Assembly (NCBI GenBank): GCA_964016885.1
Contig: OZ024741.1
Span: 391,592,001 to 391,656,000, forward strand
DNA length: 64,000 nt
Source of the DNA: Eledone cirrhosa
Lineage: Eukaryota
Direction of reading: 5' to 3'
Shown here one piece after another: positions 12,734-24,190 of this stretch (positions within the stretch are counted from its first letter, which is position 1; every line of letters starts with the position of its first letter). Under the pieces are notes generated by a model. It had not been told where the DNA came from. It ran no database searches and saw nothing but the letters and a program-made list of their open reading frames with translations. The position numbers and the translations under genes are program-made.

Positions 12734-15700
12734 CTACAGGATGGTATACAGAGAAGGCCCATTTACACGAGCCATTCTCGCCACTATTACCCACCTTTCA
12801 TAAAACTGCCTGTGGCCAAGCACCTCTCTCTCCATTCTTATCCTTCTTCCGAAGTGATATCGGAAGAAGTAGACCAGACTATGGCCAGAGAGGAAGTTGC
12901 CTGACCTCAGCCCTTTCAATCGTGTCCACCAAACAACCTCTTTCAACATGGCTATTACGCACAGAAAAACCGCCTTTGCTTCCTTTGTGAAGAGGGGAGG
13001 CGGCTTGATTGTCACCACGGACTCGGCGGTCAATCGAATCTGCGCCACCCGCGACAGCAGTTGTTCGGCGTAGCCCCACAGATCAGCCACGCCCGGACAT
13101 TGCACCAATGCCTGCGCAACGGTTTCTTCGTGACGCACGCATCTAGGGCAAATCTTTTTCGAGGGATCCCTGCCCGGGCGCCCGTGTCTGTAGAGCTTTT
13201 CTCGAACGGGTAGAGCCCCCCGGTAGCACTGCCAGGCCAGTGACTTCTGGAAGTTGTCCATTGGTCCCGGGCCGAAAGTCCTACCGAACAGGCTGGCCAG
13301 TTCGTCCTCTTCCATGTCCAGCGACTCTCCAAGGGTGTCATCGCCCCTGCTAGCCACCAGCCCTCTATAGAATGACGAGGTGGATTCTCCACCGATCGCC
13401 GGGTCCGCTTGCCAGAGAGCCCTGAGCGCCTGGGCACATTCAGTGTGCCAGTCGCCCAGTTTTCCGGATCTTTGCTTGACCCAGGATTGCAGCTCGGTGA
13501 GCGAGACGAGTCTCGGAAAGGCTCGTCTCACGAACGGAGCCCACACCGGTTGACCAGTGAGGAATACCTGTAGGTGCCGTAGCCTTAATGCGTGCCTACG
13601 CATCATCAACCACGGCATCCCCAGCCCTCCTTTCGAAGGTTGTTGGCAGCAGATGGATCTTCTCACCATAAGAGGGCGCTTCTTCCAAAGAAATTGAAAG
13701 AGCATGCGTTCCATGGTGGTAAGTGTTTCCTTAGGGCAAGGCACGACAGTCAGGCGGTAGTAAGTGACGGACTCTATGTAAATGTTCGCCACCTCCGCCC
13801 GACCTTTTAGGGACAGGTTACACTTGGCCCATTTCTGGGTTAGTGCAAACACCTTGTTCGTAACCTCGCCCCAGTTCTTTTCCACCTGGAGGTCCGGTTC
13901 AAACCAGACCCCAAGCAACTTCACCGGGCCCTCCGTCCAGTGTCCGACGACACTGTCGGGAGGCATCGGTCTGCCTCTCCACGTTCCCAGTTGCAGCCCG
14001 ATGGATTTTTCCCGGTTCAGTTTCGCTCCTGACAACCTTTCGTATTCCTCCAGTAAGGTACCGATCGCCTCGATCTCCGAGTCGGTCGATACCATTACTG
14101 TTACGTCATCGGCGTAGGCCGACACCGCTTTGCTCAATCCTGGTTCCAGGGGGATACCCTGCAACAACTCCAACTTCCTCAGTAAAGGCTCGAGAGTCAA
14201 TACGTACAGAAGGGAGGCGAGAGGGCACCCCTGTCGAATGGATCGTGTGATTTCGAACGGCTTCGAAAGGTAGCCGTTCACCTTGATCCTAGAACAGATG
14301 TGGTTGCTATGTAAGGCAGTGATCCAGCCTCTGAAAACAGGACCGAACCCAGCCGCCGCTAGCACCGCATCCAGGTAACCATGGTCGACCCTATCGAACG
14401 CCTTAGACTGATCCAAGTTGATCAGGGCCCCACCGAAGCCGGGTTTGTTGCCAACCCTCTCTATGATGTATCGCATGAGGTGGAGGTTGTCGTGAATGGA
14501 CCTGGATGGGATAGCACATGTCTACGCATCTCCCACCAGGCCACCCACGACAAGCGCCAACCTCTTTGCTAACATCTTGGCCAAAATCTTTAACTCTGTG
14601 TTTAACAGGGTTATGGGCCGAAAATTATTTATACTATCCCCCTTGTTCTCGTCCTTCCTCACCAGCGAGACTACGCCTTTGGCTACAGAACAAGGAATTC
14701 TCCCGTTCTGCTGCCAATTGCAGTAGACTGCTTCGAGGAGTTCGGAGAAGAAGACCGGCATTGCTAAATAAAGTTCGTAAGGTATACCATCGAGACCTGG
14801 AGATTTACGTCTGCTGCATTGGCTCAGCGCATCCCCGATCTCATCAGCCGAGATTGGTCCCTCGCAGGACTCTGCCTCTTCGCTCGAGAGACGTGGCAGG
14901 CCGTCGAGGTATGGACCGAAATCCACGTCCCCGCCCGGACCCTCGCCTCCCCCGAACAATCGGGCAAAGTGCCTTTGAAAGGCCTCGCACATCTGCTTAG
15001 GCTCCTGGATCACCCGTCCATCCTCGTCTTGCAAAGACCGGATGGTGGATCGATTTCCACTCTTAGCTTCTGTCACGCGGGCCCAGCCAACGGCTTTGGC
15101 CCCCTCATTACCTAGAGCACGTATTTTACTTCGAATGACGCAAACTTCGTGCTTTGCATCGAAAAACTGGCTCAAGGCCGTCCTCGATGCCAGCACTCTG
15201 GCCACATCTTCGCTCTTGATTGCCTCTTCTAATTTACCTGTTAATTCTTTCTCGTTCCTATTCCTATCGGCAGCTAACATCTTGCTATAACTTATTGATT
15301 CTGTTCTAATCTCTCTTTTGAGAGATGCCCACCATCGGTTGTTGACGATTGCACCCGTCAACCTCTCCTTAACTAATCTGCTAATCCGGTTTCTGTAAGC
15401 CTCTTTTGCCGGTAAAGACAAATTAAGTTTCCAGTAACCGGGACCCTGTCTATGTGTTTTCTCGAGATTGACTACGCAGGTCACTAATTTGTGATCTGTA
15501 TAGCCAACCGTGAGCATTTCTGGACAGCTTAATATGTCCCTATCCTTACTTCTAACTAAGAATCTATCTAAGGACGATCTAGATTGACCACTGTGGTTCG
15601 TCCAAGTCCAGGTTGGCACAGTTGGAAAATCTAGTCGATATCTATCGACCAAGTTAAAACGATCGAGTAACCCCTTGAGGCTGTTACACCCCCTCTATTA

Positions 15701-16170
15701 GGACATGCTCCTGCATAGTCCCAACGTGCATCTAGGATGTCATTCCAATCCCCCGCTAGAAGCAGGGAACGCGACGTTCCCAGAAAAGTCTCCAGACGCT
15801 GGAAGAAGTCGGGTCGTTCAGCTCCGAAAGGGGAGTAGACGGCGACCAGTCTCAAGGCCGCACCTCCACTACTGCCAACGTCTAGCACCAACAAACGACC
15901 TTCCGGGTCCGAGTGAACAACCTGTACGGCGAGACCCAGGTGTTTTTCCAGCAGTACGACAACCCCACCCCCACCTCCAGGTTGACAGAGAGATGCCTGC
16001 ACCTCAAAGTCATCGAAGGTAGGGGCCAGCTGCCGCACGACGCTGATCCGAGTCTCACAGATAACCATTACATTTATACCACGTGACCTGAGGTCATTTA
16101 GAAGCTTTGCTTGCTTCCAAGTTGAGCCCAGGCCACGTGCATTCAAACATCCTACTCTTAACACATCCAT
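12734..16170 (-). pseudogene. ORF2 (APE-RT) of Tx1 copy C
   Basis: All APE and RT motifs present; frameshift near 15680 and CAG>TAG at 14522-14524. Confidence 0.92.
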
Positions 16171-16203
16171 GTGGGCGGCAAAGCCAAAGGAGAGTGTAGA
16201 GAC

Positions 16204-18111
16204 CTACCTTTCTGCTTCCCGAGGTTCGGGTCGCACGACTTCCATGGGGTCGGGGGTGTTGGGTGAAGGGGTGTCTTGTGGTGGTGTGGGGTCGTCAGTG
16301 TGTGGTGGGGTTGGGGTGTTTGGAGTTGTGTTGGGGAGGGTAAGGGGAGAGGGGAAAGCTTTTTAGTAGGACGCGGTTTATGGGTTTGACAGAGGGTGGT
16401 CCTACGTCCTCCTTAAAATCCTTTTTTAGTTTTTGGTAGAGGTTCATTGTGATCTTTATTAATTTTAAATGTGGGTAGTTTTCTGAAGAAACAAAGTTTA
16501 CACCTTCGGTTTGTACCGAAGGGTTATTGTTTATGAGTTCATTTAATTTATTATTGTTTCTGTTGATGTAAGTATAGTGTAATGTCTTTTTTTCGGATGG
16601 TGTGAGTGTTTCGAAGAGGGGAGGGGCAGGTTTGGTTTTGTTTGTTGCTGGAGGGGTGTTTTGTGTTTTGTTGGATTGTGTTGACATTTGGGTAGGGGTT
16701 GTTTGGCCTTGTGTGTTTTGCACATGTTTTCTTTTTTTCCTTTTAATCTGTCTGAAGGACTCCGTTTCTTCCTCCGAATTCGTTGGGTTATCTTCAGTGT
16801 TGGAGAGAAGAGGTATGTTTGCTGGTAATGTTTCCGTGTTGGTTTTCTTTGTGGGGGAGATGGATGTCACTATGTTAGACTGTGTTGTGTGTTGTGGCTG
16901 CGGTTGTTGTGTTGTTTTATTGAGTGAGGGGTTGGGTGGGACTGTGTTTTGTTTTTGGGTAATGTGTTGTGACTGTTTGTGTTGTGGTGGTGGTGTAGTT
17001 TTACTGAGGGACGGGTTGGGTGGGACTGAGTTTTGTTGTTTGTTTATCTGTTGTGGTGGTGGTGCAGAGCTGGTGTTGGTAGCAGGGTTTTCTTCTTGTT
17101 GAGTTGGGGACAAGCCGCCTTCAGGTGCCCTCTGCCTGAACTGATATGACAGGACGGCCTTCTCCCCTCCACGCTAATGTTTATATACCCGTGGCCCTCT
17201 AATAGGATTATGTCGCGTATTTGGGCAATGCGTTCAGGCTTCATTTGCACTACAAGTTCTATACCTGTTCCACTGAACGCATTGCCTGTGGTTTTCCCAA
17301 TGGAAATCACGTTGTCATTCGCTGGATCGATGAAGCCAGCTATGAGCCAGCAGTAGTCCACATCTGGCATCATTGCATCCAGCCATATGCGCTGAGTTCT
17401 TTTACCCATATAAGATGGATAAAAGGTAAAATTTGTCGAACGAATCGGCGACAAAGCACATTTTTTTGCCGCCGATTCGTTCTTCATAATAATCGCTAGG
17501 CTTCCATACAGTCTGTCTCTTCTTATGAAAGTGGTTTCATTAAGTACTTCTGTAAGTACTGCTTTGATTTCTGTTTGTGTTGGCTGTTGAGGTTTTATAG
17601 AAATGTTGTTGATGGTGCGGAAAACGACCGTCCGACTTTCAATGTCTTTGGTGAGTTCTTGAGGCATTTTTACCGATAAAATACCATTTTCCCCTTGAGT
17701 TATGTATTGTTTGGCGTTTATAATTCTTTGTGCCACATCTGAAATATTTTCAGGTATATATGTCAAAGATTTCTTTGTTGTTTGTGCAAATGAAATATTA
17801 TTGGTGTTGACTTTGTCGTCTGCTTTGCTTTCTGTTATGATGTTGTTTTCAAATGTTATTTTTGTGTTTGTTGTGTCTTTGTTTGTGGTATTAATATTGT
17901 CATGCAATTTTTCAAATTTTTTTTTGTTGTTGGAATCAATGTCCAGATTTGTGTTTTCGTCATTTTTCTCCGCACATTCGTCTGTTTTTATTTTATTTTT
18001 TATTTCCTTCTCTATGACGTTAGTTGGGAAGGAAGGGGGAACTAAAGCGTGCGAGCTTACAACTCTTACCGCTGTCCCCCCACCACTATTTTCGTTAGCT
18101 TCGTTTAACAT
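16204..18111 (-). pseudogene. ORF1 of Tx1 copy C, frameshifted
   Basis: VEGRRPSCHISSGRGHLKAAC degenerate knuckle; KRKKRKH; ends MEVVRPEPREAER*. Confidence 0.85.
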
Positions 18112-18790
18112 TTGTGTCAGACGATTGAATTTTTTATGCCACAAAATTTTTAAAAACAGGTTTTTCACCCCTGGGAAGGGCGAAGATGAGCTGACCCACC
18201 GCCTGACAATTCAGACGGGGGGTCAAGCTACACAATAGTATCAAAATTAAAATTGAACTTACAAAATTTCAGCAATAAATTGGAACAAAACTTCTGCGCA
18301 AAGTGAATTACATCTACGCTGTAGAACAGACGACAGCTAGATTAGAAAGAAAGATAGAAAGATAGAAAGATAGAAAGAAAGAAAGAGTTTGAGTTGAACA
18401 AACATAGTTGGAAGATAGGGACAGAGATGTTGATTGAGACAAAGGTGAAACGACTGCTAAGTGTGCTCAAGGTGGACGGAAAGACACCGAAAAACGGAAT
18501 GAAAGAAGGAAGGAGAGAGAAATAGAAAGAAAGGAAAAGAGAAAAGAAAAGAGAGAAAGAAAGAAAGATTGTGAAATAGATAAAAGCGAAAGAAATGGAG
18601 TTGAAAAGTGTAAGATAAGAATGAAATGGCTTCTTTCATGTTAAGAAAACCTGACAGCAATAGCAATAATCTAACCAAGATAACGGTGTAATAACATATT
18701 TTATTGGTGGCGATAGAAACAGTGGATAATTGTTTATTCACACACACTCTCCCTCTCCCCCCCCCCCCCCCCCCCACTCTCCTCTCTCCC

Positions 18791-18821
<31 letters not shown>

Positions 18822-18923
18822 CTTTGTGAAATTAAGATTATATTAGAAGCTAGGAAAACTATAGTCAAATTTGAGAAAGGTTATTGGGTACGTAAAGATA
18901 GACCCTCTAACTTTGACATAACA

Positions 18924-20288
18924 ATGGGCTCTAACGATTCGGCGGAAATAACTGATATTGTGGGGTTATTTATCGCCTTTAGACTCCAGGAAAAATTCAG
19001 CAATCTCCACGGCGGAATATACCGCGACGATGTTCTCCTCCTAGCTAAAAACCTTAATAACCAAAAACTAGAAAAACTACGCAAAGATATAAGAAAACTA
19101 CTACTCGAAATAGGACTAACTATAACATATGAATACAACCTTAAAGTAGTTAACTTCCTGGATGTCACACTCAATTTAAACTCTGGTTTGATTAAACCGT
19201 TTCATAAATTGAATGAAAATCTCAAATACGTAAATGTTGGGTCTAACCACCCCATCTCTATAATTAAATCTATCCCTAAAAATATTTCCCTTAGAATCTC
19301 GGGTCTATCTTCTAACATACAAGTATTTAAGGAACACGCCGAGTACTACGATAACGCCCTTAGTAAAGCAGGCTACCTCAACAAAATAGAGTACATAGAT
19401 GGGAACAATCAAAACACCCAAAATAAATCCCACATAGGTAGATATAATAACACAACACCAAACCACACTCACTACCATAGTATGCACACCAGTAAACCAA
19501 CAAACAAAACTAATAGAAAGCGATGCAAAGAGTACTTATGGTATAACCCCGAATACAATAGCTCCATTAGTACAAATTTACCAGTACTCTTCTTTAAAAT
19601 AATTAAAAGACATTTTCCCACATCACACAAATACCACAAAATCCTAAACCCTACCACTATAAGACTGTCATACTCTACAGCGTTAAACCTTGAACAACAC
19701 ATAAAAAAGATCAATACTAGAAGGTTAAACGAAAACACTAAGAACTTAAGTACAAAGAACTCAAAAAAAACAGTAGACAATACACTACAGAACATAAATA
19801 AACCACACCTAAGTTCGTCCGCAATACTACTCCAGAGAAAACCCAACGTACACAACTGTAACTGCACCTATCCTGACAACTGCCCCCTCGGCAATAACTG
19901 CCTGGAAAAAAATATTATTTATAAGTGTACCATTAAATCCGGAGGCAACGAGTGGTATTACGTGGGATCAACGGCAACATCGTTTAAATCTCGATTGTAT
20001 AGGCATTCTTACTCAATAAAACACCAGAGCCAAAGAAATGTAACAACTTTAGCAGAAAAAGCTTGGACGCTCAGGGATAGCAATCAAAAGTTTACCCTAA
20101 AATGGGAAAAATTAGCTAAAACCCAAAGCTTTTCCAGGAGCCAAAATTTCTGCAAATTGTGTAATCTTGAGATTTATTACATAATCACACACAAGAAGAA
20201 ACTGCTGAATAACAGAATTGAACGAACATTATTCTGCCGTCACAGAACTAAAACCCTTTTTTCCCACTACAAGCCGAATATTACATAA
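18924..20288 (+). CDS. Penelope-like RT (C-terminal part) - Cys linker - GIY-YIG endonuclease; frame open upstream to ~18830, so the N-terminus is truncated
   Basis: FDITMGS.D.AE, YRDD, VNFLDVTL, Y....SNHP, WYNP, CNC...CPL...CL, IIYKC...YYVGST...FKSR...H, C-terminal CKLC..E...LLN.R.E...CRH. Confidence 0.9.
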   Translation: MGSNDSAEITDIVGLFIAFRLQEKFSNLHGGIYRDDVLLLAKNLNNQKLEKLRKDIRKLLLEIGLTITYEYNLKVVNFLDVTLNLNSGLIKPFHKLNENLKYVNVGSNHPISIIKSIPKNISLRISGLSSNIQVFKEHAEYYDNALSKAGYLNKIEYIDGNNQNTQNKSHIGRYNNTTPNHTHYHSMHTSKPTNKTNRKRCKEYLWYNPEYNSSISTNLPVLFFKIIKRHFPTSHKYHKILNPTTIRLSYSTALNLEQHIKKINTRRLNENTKNLSTKNSKKTVDNTLQNINKPHLSSSAILLQRKPNVHNCNCTYPDNCPLGNNCLEKNIIYKCTIKSGGNEWYYVGSTATSFKSRLYRHSYSIKHQSQRNVTTLAEKAWTLRDSNQKFTLKWEKLAKTQSFSRSQNFCKLCNLEIYYIITHKKKLLNNRIERTLFCRHRTKTLFSHYKPNIT

Positions 20289-20605
20289 AAGAGGGACATC
20301 CCCCAACTATATAAACCTTAATCTAGTTAGAAAAATATAAAAACAATCTCTTCTCAACATATATTAATAACCTTAAATTACCATACTAATAATGAAAAGA
20401 TATGCTGATGAGAATAGGTACAAATATGCGATAATGAATGTGTCTAAAAACGTCCATAAGTATGTATATATATGTGAAAATGTATATAAATAAGTAAATA
20501 TATATATATGTTTGATGTGTATAGTTAGATGTAAGTGTATTCATGTATTAAAGTGCTTATATATATATATGTGTGTGTGTGTATATGTATATGTGTGTAT
20601 ATATG

Positions 20606-20683
<78 letters not shown>

Positions 20684-21250
20684 TGTGTATGTATGTATGT
20701 GTATATGGATGTGTATGTATGTGTATGTGTGTACACATGGACTAGAGTATGTATGTATATATGTGTGTGTCTATACGTGTGTATATAAAGATAAGTTGAG
20801 TATGAAAATGTATACACATGAGCGCGTATGTATGTACATGAATACATGTGTGTATATATATGTGTATGCATGTGTATATATATGTAAGTATGAATATGTG
20901 AATTGTGAGTATATGTATTTTGTAGAGGTGTGCAAATATATTTGTGTGTGAATGCGTGGGTGAAAGGATACGTACACTCGAAAGAAAAATTTAAGTCTGA
21001 ATGTTAATTAAGTGCAAACACAAAACCAACCACGCATATCTTTACTATCTCTAATCCTTCTATAGATTTAGAAAAATAACCAATAATATATTCTATAAAA
21101 AATGTCAAAACAACAGATGGGAATCTAATTACTCACTGCCACCAAGAATTCTCACTGCTATCGAAAAACCACTCCTTCAACTATTCTTCTAACAACTTCA
21201 CCCCTCCCTCCTAATATTCTCTATAAAAACTAAATAGGTCCTCAGTAATA

Positions 21251-21367
21251 TTATTCTGATGAAATGACAGTAAATAATAACATTGAAATATTGAATGTCT
21301 GCATAACTAAAAGTTTGTAGATAGCTGTTTTAGGTTATGTAACTGTTATAGAAACACGTGTCAATAA
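21251..21367 (+). ncRNA. Type I hammerhead ribozyme with long stem II
   Basis: TTATT-CTGATGA-A-ATGACAGT...ACTGTTAT-A-GAAAC-ACGT-GTC-AATAA; palindromic stem III ACACGTGT. Confidence 0.8.
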
Positions 21368-21401
21368 ATTCCTTTCAACTAAACTGTATCCATTCAAATC
21401 T

Positions 21402-21467
<66 letters not shown>

Positions 21468-22135
21468 CAGTGATTGTGAGTAAAATCGAAGTTGCAGCTG
21501 CGAATAGCATCTTTCGAATACAATCCGCCGAAGCTGGCACAAGCACTCAATGAGATGATATCGATAAATCGATATATTATAGCTCAGAGTAATAAACATA
21601 CGTTGAAAGTGTGACAAATTGAAAATTGCAGCCGGGTAAAAAACTGCCACAAAAGCCACCACAACAACGAAAATACAAACAGGTTATATACGAACCTGGA
21701 CCAGAACGATATATATTATAAAATATCTTCGATTCGTTTCTAGGAATCCAAAGTCAACACTCCAACTTGCGCAATATGCAAGTCAGCAATGTATCCTAAG
21801 ATCGAACGTGGATTCCCTTTCTCAATAGGTGTTTCGTTCTGTATACCAATAGCTAGGCATCATGGCACCGCTGTCTTCTAATGCAGTATCAACTATGGTA
21901 GCGGGGTCACGTGTTCTTCTCAAGAAAGGAGGAAGATTCACATCTGGGTTTTATACACACACACACATACATATGAAAAGTTTATACACACACATATGAA
22001 AAGTTAAACAAGGTTCAATGAATAAATCAAAGAATGAGTTTTACATAGATTGGAAGCACTCAACAAAAAAGGTTTTCCAGAGTTATTAATATTAATTCAA
22101 AATATTAACAAAATAGATATTCTTGTGATCAAGTA

Positions 22136-22202
22136 TATTTTATTATATATATTTCAGAGGTACTGAGTTAAGTTCAACAGTACGTCCTCATCAGATAAAA
22201 TA
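22136..22202 (-). ncRNA. Type I hammerhead ribozyme (mirror of 22314-22380)
   Basis: Reverse complement of the plus-strand copy. Confidence 0.85.
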
Positions 22203-22313
22203 AGATGATGCATGACATACCCTGACATAGTAGATGGTTAAGATTCAGTCATTGCAAACTACCATGACTGAATCTTAACCATCTACTATGTCAAGGTATG
22301 TCATGCATCATCT

Positions 22314-22380
22314 TATTTTATCTGATGAGGACGTACTGTTGAACTTAACTCAGTACCTCTGAAATATATATAATAAAATA
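22314..22380 (+). ncRNA. Type I hammerhead ribozyme
   Basis: TATTTTAT-CTGATGA-GGACGTACTG...CAGTACCTCT-GAAA-TATATA-TA-ATAAAATA; 8-bp stem I, AUA cleavage triplet. Confidence 0.87.
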
Positions 22381-22420
22381 TAATTGATCATAAGAATATC
22401 TATTTTGTTAATATTTTGAA

Positions 22421-22518
<98 letters not shown>

Positions 22519-22632
22519 TATATATATATTAGAAAGTGAGGTTCATTTTACAAATTGAAAAATAACCGAGATGAAATCGAAAATGCAACTGGAGTCTTAT
22601 TTTTTTTAAAATATATATATATTTATTTGGTT

Positions 22633-22670
22633 CCTTTACCGGTTTCGCAGTTCTTCTGCTTTTCAAAAGG
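22633..22670 (-). ncRNA. Minimal type I hammerhead, U3-A8 core variant
   Basis: Minus strand: CCTT-TTGAAAA-GCAG-AAGAA-CTGC-GAAA-CCGG-TA-AAGG. Confidence 0.8.
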
Positions 22671-23928
22671 TCAGTTGAGATGGAGGGTCTGTGGTTTTTC
22701 TCACATCTGGTTGGTCTCTGAATGTTACTTGTTTTATATGGAAAAAGTGGCTCGAAATGCCAGGTTTTTCGAGAAGTAATTTGATTGGTTTGTCAATAAT
22801 TATAATAAATTTCGCGCCAGTTCGCGTTACAATAGTTCTTCAAATAAGAGGGGGGTGTCACAGGTTGTTTTTTTCATATATGAGTGTTTGAATTTCTTTT
22901 TACTTGAAAAAAGGGGCTCACGAAGGCTTTTTTTTGGTTGGTTATAAATGAAATTATGGCTGTCACGTGAACAAGTTTTCATTAAATTTTCGTGCCCTTA
23001 TTTGGAAATCCATTCTGTAGCCTTTTTAGAGAATTTTATGATAAGTGAAAGATAATGGTCAAGAGAAAGGGATGGGAGAATTGTTCTGGTTCAGTGAATA
23101 TGGTTAGTTCGCTGGGGTGTCAGAATTCAGATTTTCTATTGAATAAAGAAAGTAAAGATACGTGTTTATTTGTGTGCTTGTGTGTGTGCGTGTGTGCGTG
23201 TCTGTGTGTTGTGTGTGTGTGTGTTTGAATTTCTTTACTTTAAAAAAAGGGTGGCTCACGAAGGCTTTTTTTTAATAAACGTGATTTGATTGGTTATAAA
23301 TGAAATTTGGCTGTCGTAACCAATCAAATCACGTTTATTAAAAAAAAGCCTTCGTGAGCCACCTTTTTTTAAAGTAAAGAAATTCAAACACACACACACA
23401 AGCACACAAATAAACATACATATCTTTACTTTCTTTATTCAATAGAAAATCTGAATTCTGACACCCCAGCGAACTAACCATATTCACTGAACCAGAACAA
23501 TTCTCCCATCCCTTTCTCTTGACCATTATCTTTCACTTATCATAAAATTCTCTAAAAAGGCTACAGAATTGATTTCCAAATAAGGGCACGAAAATTTAAT
23601 GAAAACTTGTTCACGTGACAGCCATAATTTCATTTATAACCAACCCCAAAAAAGCCTTCGTGAGACCCTTTTTTCAAGTAAAAAGAAACGCAAACACTCA
23701 TATATGAAAAAACAACCTGTGACAACCCCCCCCCCCCCCCCCCCCCGCCTCTTATTTGAAGAACTATTGTAACGCGAACTGGCGCGAAATTTATTATAAT
23801 TATTGACAAACCAATCAAATTACTTCTCGAAAAACCTGGCATTTCGAGCCACTTTTTCCATATAAAACAAGTAACATTCAGAGACCAACCAGATGTGAGA
23901 AAAACCACAGACCCTCCATCTCAACTCA

Positions 23929-23966
23929 CCTTTTGAAGAGCAGAAGAACTGCGAAACCGGTAAAGG
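23929..23966 (+). ncRNA. Minimal type I hammerhead, U3/G8 core
   Basis: CCTT-TTGAAGA-GCAG-AAGAA-CTGC-GAAA-CCGG-TA-AAGG. Confidence 0.75.
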
Positions 23967-24079
23967 AACCAAATAAATATATATATTTTTAAAAAGAATA
24001 AGACTCCAGTTGCATTTTCGATTTCATCTCGGTTATTTTTCAATTTGTAAAAAAAACCTCACTTTCTAATATATATATA

Positions 24080-24187
<108 letters not shown>

Positions 24188-24190
24188 TAT

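Larger units (their letters stand above)
12516..18342 (-). mobile_element. Tx1 copy C, full length, a diverged subfamily, defective
   Basis: ORF1 plus ORF2 in pieces (16170-15631, 15652-14522, 14476-12734); 5'UTR and ORF1 clearly diverged from copy A; AATAAA at 12524-12529. Confidence 0.93.
18826..21404 (+). mobile_element. Penelope-like element (probably Neptune group), 5'-truncated, with 3' pLTR containing a hammerhead
   Basis: RT C-terminal half plus GIY-YIG ORF, microsatellite-containing 3'UTR, hammerhead ~40 nt before a terminal (TA)n. Confidence 0.88.
22089..22427. repeat. ~340-bp near-perfect foldback with a hammerhead in each arm
   Basis: ~163-bp arms around a short spacer at ~22252-22263; a few substitutions between arms. 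Confidence 0.95.
22529..24069. mobile_element. ~1.54-kb non-coding foldback element in (TA)n; head-to-head Penelope-pLTR-like arms
   Basis: Arms of ~750-775 bp (TTAGAAAGTGAGG...CCTCACTTTCTAA), centre at ~23304-23316, hammerhead ~100 nt from each outer end. Confidence 0.88.

Noticed and set aside
1-18342. Telomeric retrotransposon array (HeT-A/TART-like)
   Set aside because: No telomeric repeats and no positional information in the window; cannot be supported.
20401-20458. TATG-CTGATGA...GTC-CATA possible additional hammerhead
   Set aside because: Stems I and II are plausible but the GAAA core is absent (AAAAAC); at best a decayed relic, so not counted.
22529-24069. DNA-transposon MITE interpretation of the large inverted repeat
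   Set aside because: Not excluded, but hammerheads near both outer ends, a solo truncated arm at 27658 and (TA)n targeting favour a Penelope-related origin.
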